This document shows positions 22,190-35,292 of a DNA stretch of 64,000 bases, piece by piece. Each line of letters begins with the position of its first letter. Within the stretch, counting starts at the first letter, position 1. The position numbers and the translations under genes are program-made. Source of the DNA: Felis catus (Eukaryota); contig NC_058375.1 of the NCBI RefSeq assembly GCF_018350175.1, positions 139,810,001-139,874,000 on the forward strand, in the 5' to 3' direction. The notes under the pieces are model-generated. The model was not told where the DNA came from and searched no databases. It saw only the letters and a program-made list of their open reading frames with translations.

Positions 22190-23120
22190 TTGGCGCTGGC
22201 TTGGTCGGTCGGTCGGTCGGGTCACGCTCTGTGGCCCATCTCCCGCGCGGGCCAGGATGGGACCAGGCCGTGCCTTGGCTCCCTGCCGCCTCCCAGGCAC
22301 TGACCGACCCCATCAAAAGATCCCTGAGGTTCCCAAAGGAGCCGGAGCTCCGGGCGGCTCGCTCGCGGGCGGGGCCCACCTGTCCGGGCCGGGTCCCCTC
22401 GCGGGCGCCCCAGGTGGCTCGGGCGGGGAGGAGCCGCGCCCCGCCCCGCCCCGTGCGGCCGCAGCCAACGCGGGCCCCCGGCGGGCGCGCTCGGAGCCGG
22501 GGCCGGGAGCCGGGCTGGTGCGCGGAGAGGCCCGGCGGGCGCGGGCCGCGCAGGTGAGCGGGGCGGGCGCGGCCAGCTGGGGGCGGTGGTCGGCCGGGGG
22601 CGGCGGGGCAGGTGAGCCGGGCGGCGCGGCTGCGGCGGGTTGTGCAGGGCCCGCGGAGCAGTGGAGGGCGGGGGTCCCGAAGTCGCCGGGAGGCGAACAG
22701 CCGGGAACATCTGGACTGGACGGGGGGCGGGGGCAGGGGGGCCCGCGAGGGTCTCCTGAGTGGCCAGGGCGCCGCCGAGCACCGCTTGCGTGGCGCTGGT
22801 GGGGAGAGGAGAGGCTGCGCGACGGGGCTGCAGTTGAGAGCGCGGGGCTGGGGCGGGGGTTCGCGCCGCGGAGGAGCCGAGAGAACTCCCGCCTCTCCCT
22901 CTGCGGCGCCGCTGCTGTCTGCCCTTCTTACTTTTGCTGGTGCTGGTGAATAAGCGACACATGCACAGGGGTTAGTTCTCTACCCGGGGCTTCCGAATGG
23001 CTGAGTGTGCGCGGCAGCTCTGACTCAGGGGCCTGAGGTTGGGAGGCTGCAGGGCTTTGTGCCTGGGGGCGTTGTGCCTGGGGGTTAACGGGTGGATGGG
23101 CGGCCCGGCCAGCCGAGGGA
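22190..23120 (+). promoter_or_regulatory. CpG-island promoter of a second plus-strand gene
   Basis: Very high GC and CpG density. GC boxes at ~22367 (GGGCGGGGC), 22421 and 22439-22452 (CCCCGCCCCGCCCC). CCAAT at ~22109. Confidence 0.92.
22460..22553 (+). other. Non-coding first exon (start approximate) of an unidentified gene
   Basis: Follows the GC boxes, has no ATG, and ends in a strong donor CAG|GTGAGC at 22553/22554. Confidence 0.7.
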
Positions 23121-23129
23121 GAGGGGGAA

Positions 23130-23305
23130 AGGACTAGAGTGCTGTTTAAATTCCGGTTGCTAGCTGTGTGGCCTTGAGCAACTTACTTAACTTGGCTGAT
23201 TGAGGCTCCGTTTCCTCAAAGGCAAAACGGGTATTATAATCATTAAAATAGCCTTAAGTTATGTGATATTCATCAAGTCCAGGGCACAAAGCTTGCTGGA
23301 AGTTC
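23130..23305 (+). mobile_element. MIR
   Basis: tagctgtgtggccttgagcaacttacttaac...ccgtttcctcaaaggcaaaacgggtattataat. Confidence 0.75.
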
Positions 23306-23599
23306 TCTCCGTTTTTTACCCCCTATGTGATAATGTAACACTCTATGCCTCCCAGAGGTCGCCACACATTTCTGAGCAGAAGGGAGATCCAGGAGGCTCA
23401 GATTACCCTTTTTTAGGGGGAAACCCTGATGGTGGTGGTGGTGTGTGTGTTTTGGGGGGGTCCCTTTTTTTCCCACTCTTGATTTGTTCATTGCTAGGCC
23501 GCCTCCTCGCAGTCTTCCTGATACCACCCTAGAGGCAGGAGAGGTGCCAGGACACAGGCACTTAATATTGCCTGATGCAGTACAGAAATTGATTGGGTT

Positions 23600-23960
23600 A
23601 CATGAATGAAATAGGCTGAGGGCTCTAGCTTCAGGCATAGCTATATCCAGGGGCTCAGATAAGGCTGCAGGACTCATTCTCTCTCATACATATCTCGGCT
23701 CTTTTCACCCTCTGTGTTGACAGGTTTTTGGTATGGCGTGACAAATAGCACTGGCACCTGCAGATTTATCTGCTTCTTCAGAGAGAGGGGGTGGGTGAGG
23801 TGGGGGTGGAGAGAGTCTTTCTCTTCTTGCACCTCCTTTATCCTTATGGCAAATCTTACTGATAAACTAGACCAAAGCCAGGCCAAGCCATCTCGGTGGA
23901 TAGGGAGTGGGTTTCCATGATAGGAGTGGATACTTCACCCTGGTGCCACCAGTGCCTGGG
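23600..23960. mobile_element. MaLR LTR (MLT1-like) remnant
   Basis: ctctagcttcaggcatagctatatccagggctcagat resembles old MLT1 LTRs. Confidence 0.45.
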
Positions 23961-24469
23961 GCATTAGTTCAGCTCCAATGCAGCTGTTGGAGATTGAGGA
24001 GGGGCAGTTCCCAGTGGGCAGATGAAAACAGGACATGTCCATTGATTGCACTGTCTCTGCCTTTGCTCACGACCACCTAAACGAAGTCCATAGTAGAGTG
24101 TAGACAGCCTGGGTGCCGTATTCGGTCTGTCAGTCATTGTCTTCATCTAAGGCATGGAAGGCATCCTGTGTGTTCGTCTTTTCATTCATTGTTTTGCTGT
24201 TCATTCATTCAACAGACCCAAAATGGAGTCACTCGTGCTAAGCCCAAACTGAGACTTACAGTATCCCAGGGCCTCTGCCAAGGGTGAAAATGCTTGCTCT
24301 TGAGAAGCTCACAGAAAGCAGATGCGGAGATGACAGTGCCTGGAACTGTTTAACTGTCTGGGGATGTCGTGAAGACTTCCCGAGGAAACTGTAGTTGAGC
24401 TCTAAATGGGAGATGGCAGGGCTACTCTAGGAGAAAAAGCCTGAGGGGCTTCCCAGGCCACGTGGTGGG

Positions 24470-24900
24470 ATGTCAGTGCTTGCTGTTGTAAATAACACCG
24501 TTAGGTGAGTTACTTAACTGTCACTTAAGAAGTATGGAGGTAGGAGGTTCAAGCGATCCCGGCTCCAGGCTGGATTCTCTCGGTTTTTCCCTGCTCCGCC
24601 ACAGGTTCACTGCAGCTCTGTCACGGCTTCAGGTGATAACATCCGAAGCAGAAAGGGAGGGCTTGCTTCTCAGTGTTTCTCTAGATAACAAAGGATGAAA
24701 TTTCCCAGAAGCTCCCTATGGCATTAGGCAGAAGGGTCACATGCCCACCCTGAATCGGTCACTGATAAAGGAGAAGAAAGCGGGCTGTGATTGTGTTGTC
24801 CAAGCCATCTTCTGCAGCTGAGAGAGGGGCTCGGCTTCCCTGAGCACATTGATGCCCCTGTCTGAACAAAGCTGGAGCTCGGTTGGCCAGGAACGAAGCG
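24470..24900. mobile_element. MaLR LTR (MLT1-like) within an L2 remnant (24180-25110)
   Basis: tgtcagt...tgctgttgtaaataacacc...tttcccagaagctccc...cattaggcagaagggtcacatgcccacc. Confidence 0.6.
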
Positions 24901-26039
24901 AGACTGCCTACCAGGCTGTTCGTCAGGCCGTCAGTCAGTGGTTTCTCCCACAGGCGGTGACAGATGAAGAAAGGCCTGGCCTGTCCGGGCAGTCAGGAGA
25001 AGTTCAGTACAATACAAGTACAGGGCGTGGCTGAGGAGAGAGAGGAGCTGAGGCTGGAGACAGGCAGACGCAGGAGTACCCCATGTTAGAGACCACGCTG
25101 GCTGTCACTAAGAAGTGTAAATCTTGGTCCCATTCCTCCAAGAACTTACACTTAGAACCTGGAGAAGTTTTTCTGAGTTTTTCATAGTCTTGTTAGAACA
25201 GCAACAGTGGCTTACTCCGTGGTGATGATTCTGTAGGGGTGGCTTAGGGTAGGGGGTTTGGGGCTGCATGCACGGTTTGAAAAAGCCTCACAGCTGTCCT
25301 TCTCTGCCTTCCACTCCCCACTAACTCCCCTTCACCCTCTCCCATATCCCCTGCTAAGAACACTTGCTTGCTCTAAATCATGGCTTCGTTTCAGTATCCT
25401 TAGCTGTCTGCAAACTAACAGGCTGGGACTTGGTGCGCATTTAGTTAGTGGTAGATCTCAGATGAGAAAACAGTTCTCCTGACAGTAAATCCAGTGGATG
25501 AATACTCAACAGTTCTTTTAGTAGGAAACCAGCCTCTATTGCCTATTGCTTTTAAAGCCTTTAGGCTGTTTTCATTTGAAGTATGAAGTGAGTGCTGCTT
25601 TTTGTTTCCATTTGCTATGGTGGACACTGGCGGGCGTTTGGAGTTAGAGTGGGCAACCAGGGATGCATCCTCGGTATCTCATTAGCACAGAAATTGGCAA
25701 AAAGACTCGGTCACTAATCTGGAAGAAAGGAGGGAGTGGAGGGAAGCATATTTTGTTGTTTCCACCGGCAGTGCTGCTATGGGATGGCCAGGATCCTTGG
25801 GAAAACGTGAAGGGACGGGGTAGGGAGAGATGCCTCGGGAAGTTGTTGATTCACAGCTGTTTATTGAGCATCGACTTGTGCCGGACCCTGTTGTGGGTGC
25901 AGAGGATGAAAGAGTACAGGAGAAAGACAAAGTCTCTCTTCTCATGGAACTTACAATCTGCTGAAAGGAGACCTATTTATTTACGTTTTATCTCATATTT
26001 CAGGCATTGAGAAGTACTATAAGAGAAATAAAATAAGTT

Positions 26040-26312
26040 TGCCAGAGGGGTGGGTGGTGGAAGGATGGGCGGAATGAGCGAAGGAGAGTGGGAGATACTG
26101 GCTTCCAGTGATGGAACCAATAAGTCATGGGGATGAAATGTACAAGTAAGGGACATAGTCAATGATATTGTAATAGTGGCATATGGTGACAGCAACTGTG
26201 CTTGTGGTGAGCTTAGTGGTGATGTGCAGACTTACTGAATCACTGTGTTGTGCACCCGAAACTAATGTCACATTGTGTGTCAAATATACTAAAAAAAAAA
26301 AGACTCTAAAAA
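26040..26312 (+). mobile_element. Carnivore L1 3' UTR fragment inside an L2
   Basis: Same family text as 18512-18785, with an A tail and flanking aaataaaata repeats. Confidence 0.8.
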
Positions 26313-29300
26313 AATAAAATAGGGTAAGAAAAGAGTGCAATAGTTGGAAACAAGCTGGGCATAGTGCTGGAAATCTTCAAGGTTTATTCTCTCTCTGGTT
26401 TCCACCAGAGAAGTATGGCCTGAGCAGGTACGATATTGGGGTGAGGGTGGGGGTGGGGTGGGGGATGGGGAAAGACATTCACTTGGAAGAGGGTTACGTA
26501 TTGAATAACTTGATCTTAAAAGATTTCTTTCATGCAGAATCTGTTTCTTTGTTGTACCTTGCATTGTTCCCAAACGTGATTTACAGTGACTTACAAAATA
26601 TGGTACCAGGTGACAAGAAATAAGTGTAGAAATATGAGCAAAGGGGAAATAAGTCTTTTCTTTCATCATTGGATTCCAAAATTGTTTAGCTTTGGTATCA
26701 AGGAGAAGGAGGAAGTACGTGATTAAAAATGTGATTCATGCTCAGGGGTCATTATTTAAAAGGTGAGAAAGTACATTTTTATGCCTCAGAAAGTTATAAC
26801 TCATTTGGGGTGTGTTTAAAGAGCCAATTTTATTTGATGGGAAAATTAGTCTCTTTACTAAGGACTTATGTAAAATTTATCTCCCGAGTTGAATGAAAAC
26901 TAATAGTTTCTTTTTTTTTAGGTCAGTATAAAGTGCATCAAAGGTTAACAGAGATCAAAAGCCTAATTCTGGGTCAAATTATATGGTACAAAAAAAAGTT
27001 GGTGAGAAGTTATGTTTGGGCCCATAATGGACTGGAAAAAAATATACACATTCAAATAAAAGTTTCTAGCTTTTAAATGTTATGCAGTGGTAATTTTGAG
27101 TGCCTATTTTTTTGGGTTGTTTGTTTTCTTATTGTTGAGTTTTGAGAGTTCTTTACATAATCTAGATATAAGTTCTTTGTCAGAAGTGTGGTTTGCAAAT
27201 GATTTCTCCCAGGCTGTGCCTTATACGTTTATTCCCTTAACAGTGTCTTTCTCAGGGTAGAAGTTTTTAACTTTGATAAACCATTTTATCAATTTTGATA
27301 GAAGACTTTTGTTGTAATATCTAAGAATTCTTTGCCTAACCAATTATTTTGAAAATTTTTTTATGTTTTCTTCTAGAACTTTCATAATTTTATGTTTTAC
27401 ACCAATGTGATCCATTGGGTTAATTTTTGTATAAGTTGTAAAGTGTGAGTCAAGGAATTTTTCTTTTTCTTCTTCTTCTTCTTTTTCAATTTGTCATGTG
27501 AAAGTCCAGTTGTTCTAGCATTATTTGTTGAAGGGACTATGCTTCCCTATTGAATTGTCTTGGCATTTTTGTCTAATATCAATTGGTCGTAAATATAAGT
27601 CTTTATTTCTGGACTCTCGATTCTATTCTGTTGATTTATATGCCTATATTGTGCCAACACTACCTCTCTCTTGATTATTGTGACTTTATAATAAGTTATG
27701 AAAGCAGATAGTATAAGTCTTCCAACTTTATTTTTATCCAGAATTTGTTGTGGCTCTTTTAGTCCTTTCCATGTAAATTGTAGAATCAGCTTGTCAATAT
27801 CTATAAAAAATCGTGCTGGGATTTAGAATGGGGAATTGATCCTATACATCTTTGTGAACGTATAGTTTAATTTAGGAATAATTGACGTCTTTACAATATT
27901 GAGTTTTTCAGTCCATGAAGATGATATGTCTTATCTCTTTTTATTTATCCTTTTTGATTTTTCTATTAGCATTCTGTAGTTTTTAGGATATAGATATTGC
28001 ATGTGTTTTGTTAGATTTATACTTAAGTATCTCATTTTTGGGGTTGCTATTATTGCTAGAATATAGAAATGCAATTTTTTAAAATATTGACATATTCTGT
28101 TACCTTACTAACAGTAACTAAAGTTACTTATTCTAGAGGGTTTATTTGTAGATGCTTTGGGATTTTCTACATAGTCAGTCTTGTCATCTGTGAATAAAAA
28201 TCTTTACAGTCTGGATGCCTTTTAGTTATTTATTATTTGCCTTGTTGCACTAACTATGAATTCTAGTACACTGTTGGATAAGAGTGGTGAGAGAGAACAT
28301 TCTTGCCTTGTTTCTTGTCATGGGAGATAAATCATCAATTTTTCACTATTAAGTATGGTGTTAACTGAGGATAGATGCCTATAACGTTAAGGAATTTTCC
28401 TTGTATTCTAAGTTACTGAGAGTTATTATTATGGATGGATTTTGAATTTTATTGAATGCCTTTTCATCGATTGACAAGATCATGTGATTTTTTTGTCTTC
28501 ATATTTAATACAGCAAATTCTATTGATTGATTTTCACATGTTGAGCCAGGCTTGTATTCCTGGGATAACTTGACTAGGTTGTGATGTATTTTTGGAAGAG
28601 ACTATGCAAGATTGGTATTATTTCTTCCATCATCATTTGGTAGAATTCATTAATGAAACCATCTGGGCCTAGAGTTTTCTTTGATAGAAGGTTTTTACTA
28701 CAACTTTCATTTCTTTAATAGGTATAGGACACTTTACCTATTTCTTGATGAGTTTGGGTAGTTTATATCTTTCAAGAAATTGTTCTACTTCGCCTAGGTT
28801 GTCAAATTTATGGAGATAGAATTGTTTGTGGTATTGTCATATTATCCACTTAATGTCCATGGAATCTTTAGTGATTTTCTCCTCTCATACCTCATACTGG
28901 TAATTTGTTTCTTCAGTCTTTTTCTTATTCTGTATAGAAGTTTATCAATTTTATTGATCTTTTCAAAGATCCAGATTTTGATTTCATTAATTTTGTCTGT
29001 TTTTCTGTTTTCATTTTTATTGCTTTCTGTTCTCTTCTTCTTTTTTACATCATTCTCTTTGCTTTGGGTTTAATTTACTTTTGTGTTTTCTTAAGGGATA
29101 GCTTTTATTACTGGTCTGAGATTTTTCTTCTGTTTTAATATAAGCATTTAGTGCTATACATTTTCCTTTAACCACTGCTTTAGATGCATTCCACAATTTT
29201 ATTATGTTTACTTTCATTTTCATTTATTTAAAATTAAAATATTTAAAAATATTCCCTGAGAATTCTTTTTGGCCCATGTGTTATTTGAAACTATGTCATG

Positions 29301-30048
29301 TGATTTTTTAAGTGTTTGGGAATTCTCCAGAAGTTTTTCTGTTATTGCTTTCTAGTTTATTCCTTTATTGTCTCACAATATAATTTGCATAATTTCTGTT
29401 CTTTTAAATTTGTTCACATTTATTTTATGTTCCAGAATATGCTCTCTCTTGGTGAATACTCAGTGTGTACTGGAAAAGGATGTGTATTTGGCTATTGTTG
29501 GGTAGAATATTCTGGAAATATTAGGTCTTCTGTGTCCTTACTGATTTTCTTTTCACTTATTTTCTCAATAACAGAGAGGCATGTTGGAGTCTTCAACTAC
29601 AATTGTTGATTTTTCCATTTCTTCTTTTCGTTCTATCACTTTTTCCTTCATGTATTTTGATCATCCGTTAAGAGCATACATATTTAGGATTGTTATGTCC
29701 TCTTGGGGAATGGATCCTTTTACTATTATATAATATTTCTCTTTATCCTTGTTAGTATTCCTTGTTCTGGGTTCTACTACTTTGGGTGTTAATAATATAG
29801 CTACTCCAACTTTCTTTTTGCTAATGTTTGCATCCTGTATCTTATTTTTTTACTTTTAATTTGCCTATGTCTGTGTATTTAAAGCAGGTTTCTTGTAGAC
29901 CTCAGATAGTTGGGTCTTACTTTTTTGACCAATCTGACAATATCTGTCTTTTAACTGGTGTGCTAAACCATTCACATTTACTATGCAATTAAACTTAATT
30001 AAGATCAGCCATTTTTCTGCTGTTCTTTTTTTCTTTCTTTTTCCTATT

Positions 30049-30081
30049 TCTTTTGTAATGCTTATTTATTTTTGAGAGAGA

Positions 30082-30129
<48 letters not shown>

Positions 30130-30177
30130 AAGAGAGCCAAAGTTGGATGCTTAACCAACTGAGCCACCCAGGTGCCC
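30049..30177 (-). mobile_element. Internally deleted Can-SINE with expanded (GA)n
   Basis: Head and tail only; TSD ttctttttcctatt on both sides. Confidence 0.85.
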
Positions 30178-30485
30178 TTTCTTTTTCCTATTGAGTCCTT
30201 TTTATGATTCCCTTTTATCTCCACTGTGGACTTCTTATTTATGTTTCTTTAACATTTTTAAGTGATTATGCTAAAATGTGTGTGTCTATATAAATAAATA
30301 CATATATATCTGTAATTCATCAGAATCTGCTTTCAAATTATAGTAAACTGTTTCCCATGTAGTGTAAGGACCTTAACAACAGTATATTTCTAATCCTTCT
30401 CTTCTATCCTTCGTGCTTATGGTTATCATCATTTTTCTTTTACATGTGCTGTAAATAAAACATTGCTATTATTTTTGCTTTAGAC

Positions 30486-30685
30486 CAGGAGTTAGCAAAC
30501 TTTTTGTCCAAAGGACCAGAAAGTAAATATTTTTGGCTTTGAGGCCACATTTGTTCTCTGCTGCATATTTTCTTTTTTTCTTCAACAACCCTTAAAAAAT
30601 ATAAAAATTATTCTTAGCTCGCAGGTGATACTAAAAGAGACTATGGGCTGTATTTGGCTTATAAACCATAGTTTGCTGACTCCTG
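30486..30685. mobile_element. hAT MITE (MER58-like)
   Basis: 16-bp TIRs CAGGAGT(T/C)AGCAAACT and 8-bp TSD CTTTAGAC / CTTTAAAC. Confidence 0.88.
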
Positions 30686-31793
30686 CTTTAAACATTCAGT
30701 TATCTTTTGTAGCAATTACAAATAAGAAAAAGATGAATTGTTTTTGACTTTCATTTATTCCATTTCCAGCACCCTTCAGGTCTTAGTGTAGATCCAAGTT
30801 TCTGACCTTATATTCCTTCTGTGTGAAAAACTTCATTTAGCATTTCTTGTAGTGTAGGTGTCCTGGCCATGAATTCTCTGTTTTTGTTTGTCTGTGACCA
30901 TCCTTATTTCTCCTTTATTTTTTCAAAGATATTTTCACTGGTATAGTATTTTGGGTTGACAGTTTATTTTTTCTTTTAGCACCTTAAAGATATTGCTTCA
31001 TTGTCTTTTTACTTGCATGCCTTCTGACAAGATGTCTTCTGTAATCCTTATATTTGTTTTTATATTTAATGTTTCATTTGTTTCCCACTGCATTGAAGAT
31101 TTTTTTTCCCTTGGTTTTCAGCTGTTTTAATATGCTATACCTCTCTGTGTGTGTATGTGTGTGTATGTGTGTGGCATGTGTGCACATTCTTGGGATTCAT
31201 CCTGCTTGGTGTTCTTGAGCTACTTGGATCTGTGGTTTGGTATCTGTCATTAATTTTAGAAAATTCTCAACAAGTATTTCTTCAAATATTTTTTCTGCTC
31301 CATTCCCTTTTCTACTTCTAAAATTTGGTTACATCTAGAAGTTTTGATTTGTTCCACAGCTACTGAACACTTTTGTCTTGTTTGTTTCATTCTTTTTGTT
31401 TCTTCTTGTTTTAGTTTGGGTAGTTCTGTTGGCCTATTTTCAAATTCACTGATTCTTTCCTTGGCTGTGTCAAATCTGCGGAAGCATGTTGAATGTAGTC
31501 TTCATTTCTGTTACTGTGCTTGCCTTTCAAGTTATTGCATTTAATTCTCTTTTACAGTTCCTATCTTCCTGTTAAAATTATACATTTGATCTTTCATGTA
31601 GTCTGCCTTTACAATTAATTAAAGCTATTTAAAATTTAGTGTCTGATAGCTTCAACATTTGTGCTATCTCTGAGTCTGGTTCGGTTAGTTGCCATATCTC
31701 TTGGCAGTGTTGTTTTTCTCTCGGCTTTTTGCATGCTCTGTATGTTTTGTTGAGAACTGGACATCTTGTACAGTATGTGAGAGACTGAGATAG

Positions 31794-31852
31794 TTTTTTT
31801 TTAATTTTTATTTTTAGAAAGAGAGAGTGAGTGGGAGAGGGGCAGAGGGGGG

Positions 31853-31900
<48 letters not shown>

Positions 31901-32025
31901 CCCAAGCAAGCTCTGCACTCAGCGCAGATCCCAATGTGAGGCTCCATCTCACAAACCATGAAATCACGACCTGAGCCAAAATCAAGAGTCAGAGACTCAA
32001 CCACCTGAGCCTCCCAGATGCCTCC
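31794..32025 (-). mobile_element. Can-SINE
   Basis: SINEC body, (GA)n and T tail. Confidence 0.92.
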
Positions 32026-32656
32026 CAGTTTTTATGTGTGGAAATAGGAGTGCCTTTCTATTATTTCTGCTAGACCTTTAGTGTGGGGGGTTGATCGCTA
32101 TAGTCAGGAGTTGAACTGGATTTGAGGTTTGTTGTTGGTATGGTTATTCTCAGTGCACCACACACTTTAAATTCCTCCTGTGATAGTTTGCTTTTAGAGT
32201 TGGGGCTGGTTTGTCAGCGTCAGCCTTTGCACTGTGCCTCGGAGTGGTCTGTCTCTGTGCTCTTTCAACTTTTCTAGAAGTACTTTGTTGTTATTTGTTA
32301 CTGGATATGTGTTAGCCAGTGTCCAGGTACATCTGTCTCAGGGACACAAGTGCTTGCTTTCTTTCTTCCTGTGGATATTTGGTTCTCCTCAGATTTAGGG
32401 CTAGTTTGTTTCCCTGTGACCTCAGCTTTCTAGTGGATTCAAGAAGCTTCTGGACTTGCCCTTTATCTGGCTTTTTATTTGTTGTGAGCATCAGAGTGAT
32501 GCTCTTTTCAGCTCTTTATACCCTGAGCAGGAATTAAAAGCCTTGGTATAATGTTTTCTAGCCCTTTCTTTTTATGATCTTCATGTAAGTCCTGGGGCTG
32601 TTTCCCTTCCCTCTGTGCTTTATAAAATGTCATTTATACATTTTATATCTACAAAT

Positions 32657-32808
32657 CAGTGGTTCTCAACTCTTACTTGAAGAACATTAAACAAAATATA
32701 AATTTTGGGTGCCAGTGTTTTAATTAGTACATGTTGGGACCCAGGTATGGGTATCTTTTAAAAGCTTCCCAGGTAATTCTGATATACATCCAGGCTGAGA
32801 ACCATGGT
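32657..32808. mobile_element. MER5-like hAT MITE
   Basis: cagtggttctcaac...aagcttcccaggtaattctgat...ggctgagaaccatgg. Confidence 0.75.
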
Positions 32809-34022
32809 CTTAAAAACTTTTCCTTTCACAGAAGTATTATTCCAGCATAAACAACCAAATGAAATTCAGGCTATATACATTCACCCTTGTGACTCCATGA
32901 AATTATTTTCTCCTAATTGTGTGTTCAGTGATAGTTAATTGCCTGTGATCTAGACTGATAGTCTCATAGAATAGGAAGGGAGCAGAGTTCTTCTTAATGC
33001 ACTTTCTACTTAAATGAATATTCTCCATGACAATCTATAGCTTTGGTGGCACTGCTTGAAGTCTTCTGGGGGCTGGAAACTCCAGTGTGAGATAGTTTTA
33101 CTTGTTAGAGGTGTTTTCTTTCTATTGACTAGAAATATATCCATTTACAATCTCCCAAATAGTTTGCCTAATTCACAGCCTTGCAAGCTGTATGAAAAAA
33201 TATCTGTTTGCACGATCTACTACGTGTTCACATGTGCATGCATACACACACACTCATACTCGTGACGAGTCTTTTATGAAACAGCATTTACTTGAAGTCT
33301 TGTACCTCTAGATTGATTTCATGACTCTCCAATGGGCTGTTTTTTGCAATGTGGAAAATGCTCATCCAGCCCATCTTTCACTAGACAAGCTTTCATTCCG
33401 AAGGCTTCAGGACAGCTCCCCTAGTACCTCAGAGTTTTCCTGTGTGTGGTGTGATGCTGGTTCCTTTAGCTGAGTTTCAGCTTCCTTGCTGCTCCAGCCG
33501 GTGTCATGCATTAGTTGAGCTGCAATGTCTAGTGTCCTCTGCAAATTGGTGGCTGAGTTAAGAGGCCAGGGCTCTTCAGGAGGGCAGATCAGTTCAGAGT
33601 AGAAGAAGGTTCTTTGTCTTTTTCTAGACACCATTTCTAGTCCTGTGGCCCCAATTTAGCGGGAGGCAAATCGAATGGTTCTTGAGAAACATTGTTGATG
33701 GCTTTGTAATTGTTATGTGTCCTCCCACGTTTTCATGTTAATCAGGCATTATCCTAATTAGCTCTATTTGCATCTTGGTTTTCTGAGAGACTATGAACTC
33801 CTTTGAGGTCAAGAAGAATATTTCATTCTTTTTGTCCATAGTGATCAGCCCAATAAAATTAATTTGTTGAAATAACCTCAGAAAATGATATTCCCAGTCA
33901 AGAAACTTTGGCCTTTTAGCATTATTGCCTTGCTAACGGTTGTGCTATCAGCCTTACCTACTTACCGACATACAGCTTGATAGCCGTGTATTTCCTTTGG
34001 GAAATAGATAAATTGGGTAATT

Positions 34023-34228
34023 CTTAATTTAATTTTTTTAAGACAGAGAGAGAGAGAGAGAGTGCATCAAGGGAGGGGCAGAGGGAGAGGGAGAGGGAGA
34101 GAATCCCAAGCAGGCTTCACGCTCAGTGTGGACCCTGATGCAGGGCTCAGATCTCACGACCATGAGATCAGGACCTAAGCCAAGATCAAGAGTCGGATGC
34201 TTAACTGACTGAGGCACCCAGGTGCCCC
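34023..34228 (-). mobile_element. Can-SINE
   Basis: 18-bp TSD tagataaa(t/c)tgggtaatt at 34005-34022 and 34229-34246. Confidence 0.93.
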
Positions 34229-34924
34229 TAGATAAACTGGGTAATTTAGATGAACTTGTCACCTTAGTAGTCATGCATAAGACACTGTGGCAGGTGCTCA
34301 GTGAGATGCATAGTATTTTACAGCTTATAGCTTGACTGGGGACACAGGACATGCAAGGTGGGTGTCATGAGTACTGTAGTGGTTATGTGCCCCTAGAGGT
34401 CACAGAGGAAAGAAAGGTCACACAGGTGGTCAGGAAAGACTTGATTTGGGCCTTGAAGGTAAGTAAGCATCAAACACATGGAATGGAAGGTGTTTTGGGG
34501 AGGGAGGATTTGGAGAGAGGAGTAAGCTATTTTAGTAGTCTCCCAAGCTCTACAAAATCTCTGCTGTCTCTGGGAGTGACTTGGATCCATAGGATCTGAG
34601 AGAAACTGTAGGTAAAATATGGAAGAAAATCTAATTTAAATGGTTTCTATAGCAAGGACAGACACCCACGGAAGGTGATATGTAGAGTGCCCCTCATCCC
34701 TGCCCCCCAGGTCTGAGCCTTCAGGGACTCTGACTCTGACGAATGTAGTTTATGTGTCTGTATCACTGGGACTACTTCTCGTCATCACGAGGTTCAGCTT
34801 TCCAGAGGTCATTTCAGGGATGGTAGCCTTAGCAGTGCCTCTTTGTGACTTCCATCAAGTTTTGGAGCCACCATCCATAGCCACTGACCTAAATTTTTTT
34901 CTACTTTCCCTTCTCTGAGGCCTT

Positions 34925-35040
34925 TTGAACAGATGTTATATGTAAGTTATGAATCACTAAATTCTACTCCTGAAATTATTATTACACTGTATGTTAACTA
35001 ACTTGGATTTAAATAAACTTAAAAATTAAAAAAAAAAGAG
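34925..35040 (+). mobile_element. Carnivore L1 extreme 3' end
   Basis: atgaatcactaaattctactcctgaa...acactgtatgttaactaacttggatttaaataaa, followed by poly(A). Confidence 0.8.
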
Positions 35041-35077
35041 AAATGTACATTCTCAAAGTATGCCACATCTACCATTC

Positions 35078-35292
35078 TTTTTTTTTTTTTTTCTTTTTTT
35101 GAGAGTGAGAGAGGGCGCAAGTGAGTGAGGGACAGTGAGAGAATCCCCTGCAGCCTCCACAATGTCAGTGCAGAGCCCAAAGCGTGGCTCGACTGCGCCC
35201 GAAGTAGGGCTGAAACTCATGAACCGCGAGATCATGACTTGAGCCGAAACCAAGAGTCGGTTGCTTAACGGGCTCAGCCACCCAGGCGCCCC
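35078..35292 (-). mobile_element. Can-SINE
   Basis: TSD catctacca(t/c)tc. Confidence 0.92.

Larger units (their letters stand above)
27075..32540 (-). mobile_element. Ancient L1M (ORF2, ORF1 and 5' UTR remnants), interrupted by SINEs and a hAT MITE
   Basis: Continuous T-rich antisense L1 text (e.g. aagagtggtgagagagaacattcttgccttg, tgaaaccatctgggcctagagttttctttg). No open ORF. Confidence 0.88.

Noticed and set aside
6349-22553. Assigning gene symbols to the two host genes
   Set aside because: No recognisable coding sequence is in the window, so any name would be a guess.
22099-22962. Long ORFs (264, 246 and 152 aa)
   Set aside because: Ala/Gly/Pro/Arg-rich by-products of a CpG island, open in several frames on both strands.
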